DNA of 21,027 nucleotides from a virus (Duplodnaviria; Heunggongvirae; Uroviricota; Caudoviricetes): IMG/VR virus record IMGVR_UViG_2690316152_000009; one strand, 5' to 3'. Shown piece by piece: positions 15,809 to 21,027 of this stretch (position 1 is its first letter; each line of letters starts with the position of its first letter). The notes under the pieces were generated by a model. It saw only the letters and a program-made list of their open reading frames with translations, ran no database searches and was not told where the DNA came from. The position numbers and the translations under genes were made by a program.

Positions 15809-16609
15809 ATGATTACTCCTGCACAACAACACTGGCAGAACGTGATGGCACAGCGCGCAGGCCGGGCGAATGAAGGTGTGGACCACGCCGCGTGTACCGC
15901 GCATGAAGAGGTGCTGTATCGTCTGCGTCTGGCACAGGCCAGGCTAAAGGCCATACAGGCCAGAAGCGCGAAAGCCGCCATCAAAAAAGAGTTGTTGCCG
16001 GACTTTTCCGGCTGGATTGAGGGAACGCTGGAGGCTGACGGCGGGCAACAGGACGAAGTAATTGCCACGCTGATGGTGTGGGCGATTGACTGCGGCGATC
16101 TTCCGCTGGCGCTGCGTATTGGTGCATATGTGGTCCGTCACAACCTCATCATGCCGGATAACTTTGGCCGTACTGCTGCCACGGTACTGACCGAAGAAAT
16201 CTGCAACCCGGTACTGACGCAGGCCGGGACGGATGCCGACGCGGATTTATCCGCCTTTATCGAACCACTGGACACACTTTGGGAAATTGTCGCCAACCAG
16301 GACATTCCGGACGAAGTGCGCGCCAAATTATGCAAGGCGTGTGCCTTTGCCCGTCGTGGCCTGACCGATGCAGACAACATGGCCTCATCACTGAAGCTGC
16401 TGCGCGAAGCGATGCACCTGAACCCGAACGCAGGTGTGAAACGCGAGATTGCAACCCTTTCCCGCGCCCTGAAAAAAGCCGATTCCGCAGCCGAACCAGA
16501 AGACGCCAGCGCACAGCAGGCGCAGGACGAAAGCAGCAAAAGTAAAAAGACAACGCGGAAGCCTGCAACACGAAAAACCACCGCGACGCAGAAGGCAAAG
16601 CGCGGTTAA
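15809..16609 (+). CDS. M: Terminase small/endonuclease subunit (P2 gpM family)
   Basis: 266-aa ORF; N-terminus MITPAQQHW... and PDEVRAKL as in P2 gpM; basic C-terminal tail. Confidence 0.85.
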   Translation: MITPAQQHWQNVMAQRAGRANEGVDHAACTAHEEVLYRLRLAQARLKAIQARSAKAAIKKELLPDFSGWIEGTLEADGGQQDEVIATLMVWAIDCGDLPLALRIGAYVVRHNLIMPDNFGRTAATVLTEEICNPVLTQAGTDADADLSAFIEPLDTLWEIVANQDIPDEVRAKLCKACAFARRGLTDADNMASSLKLLREAMHLNPNAGVKREIATLSRALKKADSAAEPEDASAQQAQDESSKSKKTTRKPATRKTTATQKAKRG

Positions 16610-16710
16610 CGACTGACCCCGTCAGCGGGCGGCGTGCGCGGTGTTCCGGTTTGACTCCGTGACCGTTTACACCGCGCACCCACCGCCCGATTTTTTCAGG
16701 AGTGAACCCC

Positions 16711-17205
16711 ATGAGTATGGTTGCCAGAACTAACCCCGGCCCCGCAGAGGACGACATCACCGATACCGATGATGGCGACACTCGCATTTCAGCGGGTGCA
16801 TTCTGGCCGGATATTGTGCTGCGTGAGCTGCGTCTGGCGGTACGACTGCCGGGCCGCGTGACCACCTCCCGCCTGCTGCATACCGCCACCGGGGCCATAG
16901 CACACGTTACCCGCGAGCTGGAAGCATGGCAGCAGGAACAACAGGCGGCTGGCTATCAGACGCTGGCCGATGTTCCGGCCCCTGTAATTAACGGAGAAAG
17001 CGTCAATCTCTGGCACTGGCGCAATGCTGTTTATACCGCCACACGCGCCCTGATTCTGGAGCGTTACCGCGATGCGGACACAACGGACAAGGGCGACCGC
17101 CGGGCGGACGCACTGGATATACAGACATCGGATTTGTGGCGCGATGTGAGCTGGGCCATCTCTGACATTCTGGGACGACCGCGAATGTTTGCGGAGCTGT
17201 GCTGA
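16711..17205 (+). CDS. L: Head completion/stabilisation protein (P2 gpL family)
   Basis: ATG 16711 with AGGAG SD 8 nt upstream; size and position as P2 L. Confidence 0.75.
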   Translation: MSMVARTNPGPAEDDITDTDDGDTRISAGAFWPDIVLRELRLAVRLPGRVTTSRLLHTATGAIAHVTRELEAWQQEQQAAGYQTLADVPAPVINGESVNLWHWRNAVYTATRALILERYRDADTTDKGDRRADALDIQTSDLWRDVSWAISDILGRPRMFAELC

Positions 17206-17405
17206 TGAAAGTGAAGGCACTGGAAGGCGACACCGTGGATTCGCTCTGTTTCCGGTACTACGGCACGACACAGGGCGTCACCGAAAAGGTGCTGGATGCC
17301 AACCCCGGACTCTGTCAGCAGGTATTTCTGGACGCCGGGCAGGAAGTGGAGATGCCGGAGCCGGAGAAGAAGAAACGAGAAATGATTCAGTTGTGGGGGG
17401 AGTAG
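17205..17405 (+). CDS. X: Tail protein X (P2 gpX family, LysM-like)
   Basis: ATG overlaps L stop; MKVKALEGDTVDSLCFRYYGTTQGVTEKVLDANPGL matches P2 X pattern. Confidence 0.8.
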   Translation: MKVKALEGDTVDSLCFRYYGTTQGVTEKVLDANPGLCQQVFLDAGQEVEMPEPEKKKREMIQLWGE

Positions 17406-17407
17406 CA

Positions 17408-17731
17408 GTGAGCACCATTCAAACAGGGATCACAGAGCAGGTTATTGCGTGGCTCTTTGACCACCTGCCAACGGTGTATGCAGTAGGCGCGGCTGTCAGC
17501 ATTTCCGCGCTGATGAGTCTTTATGACGGACGAACACTGGTTCAGACCGTAACGGGATCGCTGGCGTGCGGCGTTCTTGCCATGGCCGTGGCCGGGTCGC
17601 TGCGCTTCTTCGGGATCCCTGAGGATGCAGTGACGTTTTTTGGTGCCTCAATCGGTTTTATGGGCGCAGAGAAAGCACGCGACAAGGTTATTGCAATATT
17701 TGATCGCAGGGTGAAGGAGAGGAACGAATGA
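17408..17731 (+). CDS. Holin (putative)
   Basis: GTG start after G-rich SD; about 107 aa with hydrophobic segments and charged C-terminus; immediately upstream of endolysin. Confidence 0.55.
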   Translation: MSTIQTGITEQVIAWLFDHLPTVYAVGAAVSISALMSLYDGRTLVQTVTGSLACGVLAMAVAGSLRFFGIPEDAVTFFGASIGFMGAEKARDKVIAIFDRRVKERNE

Positions 17732-18120
17732 GCAACACATTTAAATTCAGCAGCCGAAGCGAAAAGAATTTGCAGGGTGTAAATCCTGATCTGGTGAAAG
17801 TGACCCGACGGGCGCTGGAAATCTCGGAAGTGGATTTTGGTATCACCGAAGGATTGCGCAGTCGTTATCGTCAGAAGCAGCTCGTGACCACAGGCAAGAG
17901 CCAGACCATGAACAGTCGCCATCTCACAGGGCATGCCGTGGATGTTGTGGCTTATGTTGGCAGCCAGGTGTCATGGGAATGGCCGCTGTACGAAAAAATC
18001 GCAGCAGCATTCAGACAGGCCAGCCAGGAACTGAATATTCCGGTGGAATGGGGCGGCGACTGGAAGACCCTGAAAGACGGACCGCATTTTCAGTTACCAC
18101 ACGGAGCCTATCCGGCATGA
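17728..18120 (+). CDS. Endolysin, peptidase M15 family (L-alanyl-D-glutamate / D-Ala-D-Ala peptidase type)
   Basis: 130-aa ORF; Zn-binding pattern SRHLTGHAVDV ... DGPHFQL typical of M15 peptidases; ATGA overlap with holin. Confidence 0.8.
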   Translation: MSNTFKFSSRSEKNLQGVNPDLVKVTRRALEISEVDFGITEGLRSRYRQKQLVTTGKSQTMNSRHLTGHAVDVVAYVGSQVSWEWPLYEKIAAAFRQASQELNIPVEWGGDWKTLKDGPHFQLPHGAYPA

Positions 18121-18512
18121 AGCTCTGGCCCACGCTTGGCGTCGCTTTCCTTCTGATTACATCCATGCGTCTGTCGTGGTCGCTGGGCCGGGAGAACGCC
18201 AGAAACGAAGCGCAGGCCAGCACCCTGAAAAGTACCGTCGACACACTGAATATCATCAGCGCCGGGGTACAGGATATGCAGCAGGTGCTGGCTCAGCTCC
18301 GCGCGGAAAATCAGCAACGCAATCAGGACGGAGAGGTAAGACGTGAACAGCTACGCAACGATATTGCAAAAGATGAATGCGCCCACGCTTTGCCTGACGC
18401 TCGTTTTACTGACAGGTTGCGCAGGCACGCAGAACGCGCCAGGGCCAGCGCCGTCAGTCCGGCTTATACCGCAGACGCTGACCATGCCGGTAACGCCTCC
18501 CCCCTTCCCTGA
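18117..18512 (+). CDS. i-spanin (Rz/LysB-like)
   Basis: ATG overlaps endolysin stop; N-terminal TM (MKLWPTLGVAFLLITS) followed by charged coiled-coil-like region. Confidence 0.65.
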   Translation: MKLWPTLGVAFLLITSMRLSWSLGRENARNEAQASTLKSTVDTLNIISAGVQDMQQVLAQLRAENQQRNQDGEVRREQLRNDIAKDECAHALPDARFTDRLRRHAERARASAVSPAYTADADHAGNASPLP

Positions 18513-18654
18513 CCCACCCACATGGGGAAACCTCGGAATATGGGGCGACCGCCTTCTGGATGCACTGGAAACCTGTAACGCGGATAAACGGGCCATTGCT
18601 GAACTGGATAAGAGAATAGCCGAACTGACACACCAGACGGGAGTAACACAATGA
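18343..18654 (+). CDS. o-spanin (Rz1/LysC-like lipoprotein), nested in +1 frame of i-spanin
   Basis: Lipobox LLTGC, proline-rich stretch PPPFPDPP; start GTG 18343 or ATG 18373. Confidence 0.7.
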   Translation: MNSYATILQKMNAPTLCLTLVLLTGCAGTQNAPGPAPSVRLIPQTLTMPVTPPPFPDPPTWGNLGIWGDRLLDALETCNADKRAIAELDKRIAELTHQTGVTQ

Positions 18655-19803
18655 CCAGTAAGAACTTTGCACTGATTACAGCCATGACACAGGCTGAACT
18701 GACTCAAAAGGTGAATGAACATCTTGCGAAAGGGTGGCATCTTCAGGGGGAGACGCGGGTTGCCTACGAACCCGGCACCCCGTGGTATCTAATGCAGGCA
18801 ATGGTGGACGATGGCACTACAGACATCTCACCTGATTCCCCCCAGCACGGCAGCGTGCCGGAGTGGTATTACGTGGTGGTACTTGCTGGTCAATCCAATG
18901 CCATGTCATATGGTGATGGAATGCCGCTGCCGGATTCTTACGATGCGCCCCACCCACGCATTAAGCAACTGGCCCGTCGCAACACAGTGACTCCCGGTGG
19001 TAAAGCATGCGCATTTAACGACATCATTCCGGCAGACCACTGCCTGCATGATGTTCAGGATATGAGCGCACTGAATCATCCGAAGGCAGACCTGAGCAAA
19101 GGGCAGTACGGCTGTGTCGGCCAGGGCTTACATATTGCCAAAAAACTGCTCCCGTATATCCCGAATAACGCGGGGATCCTGCTGGTACCATGCTGTCGTG
19201 GTGGTTCGGCATTCACTCAGGGCGCGGAGGGAACATTCAGTACGACCACGGGGGCCAGCCAGGATTCGGCGCGCTGGGGTGTGGGTAAACCGTTATATCA
19301 GGACCTGATTGCGCGCACTAAAGCTGCATTACAGAAGAACCCGAAAAATGTGTTGCTGGCGGTGTGCTGGATGCAGGGAGAGTTTGACATGAGCGCCGCC
19401 ACCCACGCACAGCAACCTGCGCTGTTTACAGCCATGCTGACACAGTTTCGTGCTGACCTCTCCGTGTTTAACGCGCAGTGCCATGGTGGCAGTGCTGCAG
19501 ATGTGCCGTGGATTTGTGGTGACACGACGTATTACTGGAAAAATACATACGCTACCCAGTACGACACCGTGTACGGCGGGTATAAAAACAGGGAGAGTGA
19601 GGGCGTTTATTTTGTGCCCTTCATGACAGACGGTAACGGCGTCAATACCGCCACTAACGCGCCGGCAGAAGATCCGGATATTCCGGCATCAGGATATTAC
19701 GGTGCGGCATCGAGAACGAATGGAAACCAGGTATCATCAAACCGCCCGACACATTTCAGTTCATGGGCGCGCAGGAGCATTATTCCGGATCGTCTGGCAA
19801 CCG
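18651..19803 (+). pseudogene. DUF1737-like N-domain plus sialate-O-acetylesterase (SGNH/SASA) domain protein, NanS-p-like, 3'-truncated
   Basis: GQSN block (VVLAGQSNAMSYG) and WMQGEFD block typical of SASA esterases; reading frame continues into IS-derived sequence after about residue 384. Confidence 0.6.
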
Positions 19804-20102
19804 CTAAGAACACCGGCAAGTCCCATAACCGCCATGAGGCGCGCCACTGTACATCTGGCCACCCTGATACCTTCGCGTAACAACTGGCGCCAGACTTTAC
19901 GCACACCGTACACCTGATGATTTTCATCGTATACGCGCTGTATCTCTCTCTTCAGCCAGTCATCGCGCTGAGCACGGGCACTGCGTTTATCAGGATGATG
20001 TCGCTGTTGCTGACAGTGGTAATACGTTGACGGGGCAATATGCAGTTCACTGCATACCGGTCCGACCCCGTACTGCTCACGCAGCTTATCCAGCAGCGGC
20101 AT
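19804..20102 (-). pseudogene. IS629-like orfB (DDE transposase), truncated after about 99 codons
   Basis: [15 protein letters not shown]...MAVMGLAGVL then unrelated sequence; full OrfB is about 296 aa. Confidence 0.7.
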
Positions 20103-20428
20103 TATTTTTTCCAGAGGCGGTCGAACTCCGCCTTCGCAAAATAAGCGGAAGCCTGGCGAAGGATATCGTTACTGCGGCGCAGTTCACGATTTTCACGTTC
20201 CAGCTCTTTCAGACGCTGACGTTCAGCGGTGGTGAGTCCACCATCACCACTCCCGGTATCCCGCTCATGCTGACGAACCCACACACGCAGAGTCTCTGGT
20301 GTACAGCCAATCTTTGGGGCAATGGAACAAATTGCCGCCCATTGAGAGTCATATTCGCCCTGACTTTCCAGAACCATACGAACTGCCCGTTGACGGACCT
20401 CGGGGGAAAAACGTGTATTTTTAGTCAT
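20102..20428 (-). CDS. IS629-like OrfA (HTH transposase subunit)
   Basis: 108-aa [22 protein letters not shown]...[31 protein letters not shown]; IS3-family OrfA features. Confidence 0.85.
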   Translation of the reverse strand: MTKNTRFSPEVRQRAVRMVLESQGEYDSQWAAICSIAPKIGCTPETLRVWVRQHERDTGSGDGGLTTAERQRLKELERENRELRRSNDILRQASAYFAKAEFDRLWKK

Positions 20429-20482
20429 CCTGTTTACCTCTTTCTCAGGGAGTTTAGTCTCCAGGATTCCCGGGGCGGTTCA

Positions 20483-21027
20483 AAAGAGATGAATACTTGT
20501 TGAATCTGTTAGAGAAAGAGCTGAGGGAAATTTCAAAGGCGCAGGATTCTTTGATTTCTATGTATGCAAAGAAAAGAAATCATGCATGGTTTGATTTCTT
20601 CAGAAATTTAGCCTTATTAAAAGCAGGAGAGATATTCAGGTGCACATATAATACAAAGAATCACGGTATTTCATTCGGGGAGGGGTGTATCTATCTTGAT
20701 ATGGATATGATACTTACAGGTAAGCTTGGTACAATATATGCTCCTGATGGAATTTCAATGCATGTGGATCGTCGTAATGATAGTGTAAATATTGAAAATA
20801 GTGCAATAATTGTTAACCGTAGTAATCATCCTGCTCTACTTGAGGGACTTTCTTTTATGCATAGTAAAGTAGATGCTCATCCATATTATGATGGTTTGGG
20901 GAAAGGAGTTAAGAAATATTTTAATTTTACACCATTACATAATTATAATCATTTTTGTGACTTTATTGAGTTTAACCACCCTAATATAATCATGAACACA
21001 AGTCAGTATACATGCAGTTCATGGTAA
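20483..21027 (+). pseudogene. nleB: NleB/SseK-family arginine-GlcNAc transferase type III effector, 3' fragment (5' part replaced by IS)
   Basis: Translation matches C-terminal about 180 aa of NleB from memory (WFDFFRNLA, GCIYLDMDMI DxD motif, VNRSNHPALL, VDAHPYYDGLGKG, CDFIEFNHPNII, C-terminal SSW); AT-rich; homology starts at the IS boundary. Confidence 0.75.

Larger units (their letters stand above)
19804..20482 (-). mobile_element. Partial IS3-family element, IS629/IS1203-like (terminal repeat, orfA, 5' third of orfB)
   Basis: Terminal repeat TGAACCGCCCCGGGAATCCTGG at 20482 reading leftward; OrfA and OrfB N-terminus recognised from memory of IS629; A6 slippery site at orfA/orfB overlap; OrfB frame diverges after about 99 aa. 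Confidence 0.8.

Noticed and set aside
16634-16696. Inverted repeat (11-bp stem, 24-nt loop) followed at a distance by TTTTTT between M and L
   Set aside because: U-run is about 12 nt from the stem and the loop is large; not a canonical intrinsic terminator; could be an attenuator but the evidence is weak
17189-17731. ORF-track 180-aa ORF spanning the L/X region into the holin
   Set aside because: The upstream part overlaps L and X in another frame; the real gene is the holin starting at GTG 17408 after a G-rich SD
19804-20482. Possibility of a complete, active IS629 copy
   Set aside because: OrfB homology stops after about 99 codons and the expected second terminal repeat is absent; only about 680 bp of an element expected to be about 1.3 kb remain
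1-21027. CRISPR arrays, tRNA or rRNA genes
   Set aside because: No regularly spaced short repeats with unique spacers were seen; no rRNA-like sequence; tRNA genes cannot be reliably excluded by eye but no cloverleaf-like candidate was noticed next to int (the window starts exactly at the int stop, so any attachment-site tRNA would lie outside)

Overview
This window reads as a defective P2-like (peduovirus-type) prophage from an enterobacterial genome, running from the stop codon of its integrase to an IS-disrupted effector gene. Gene order follows the P2 prophage map: int (-), two cargo genes co-oriented with a C-like HTH repressor (-), a divergent switch region, an early operon (Cox/Apl-like HTH protein plus small ORFs), the rolling-circle initiator gene A, a variable cargo hotspot (A to cos to Q), portal Q and terminase P (-), then O, N, M, L, X, holin, M15 endolysin and nested spanins. 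Tail genes are absent: the lysis cassette is followed by a truncated DUF1737/sialate-O-acetylesterase-like gene, a truncated IS629-like IS3-family element and the 3' part of an NleB-like type III effector gene. The best candidates for an undescribed system are (1) a translationally coupled four-gene cassette with a 281-bp direct repeat in the A-Q hotspot, (2) a membrane-anchored protein plus secreted protein inserted between the repressor and int, and (3) a stand-alone 174-aa ORF next to the putative cos region. All protein calls come from by-eye recognition of motifs and from remembered family features; no database search was run.
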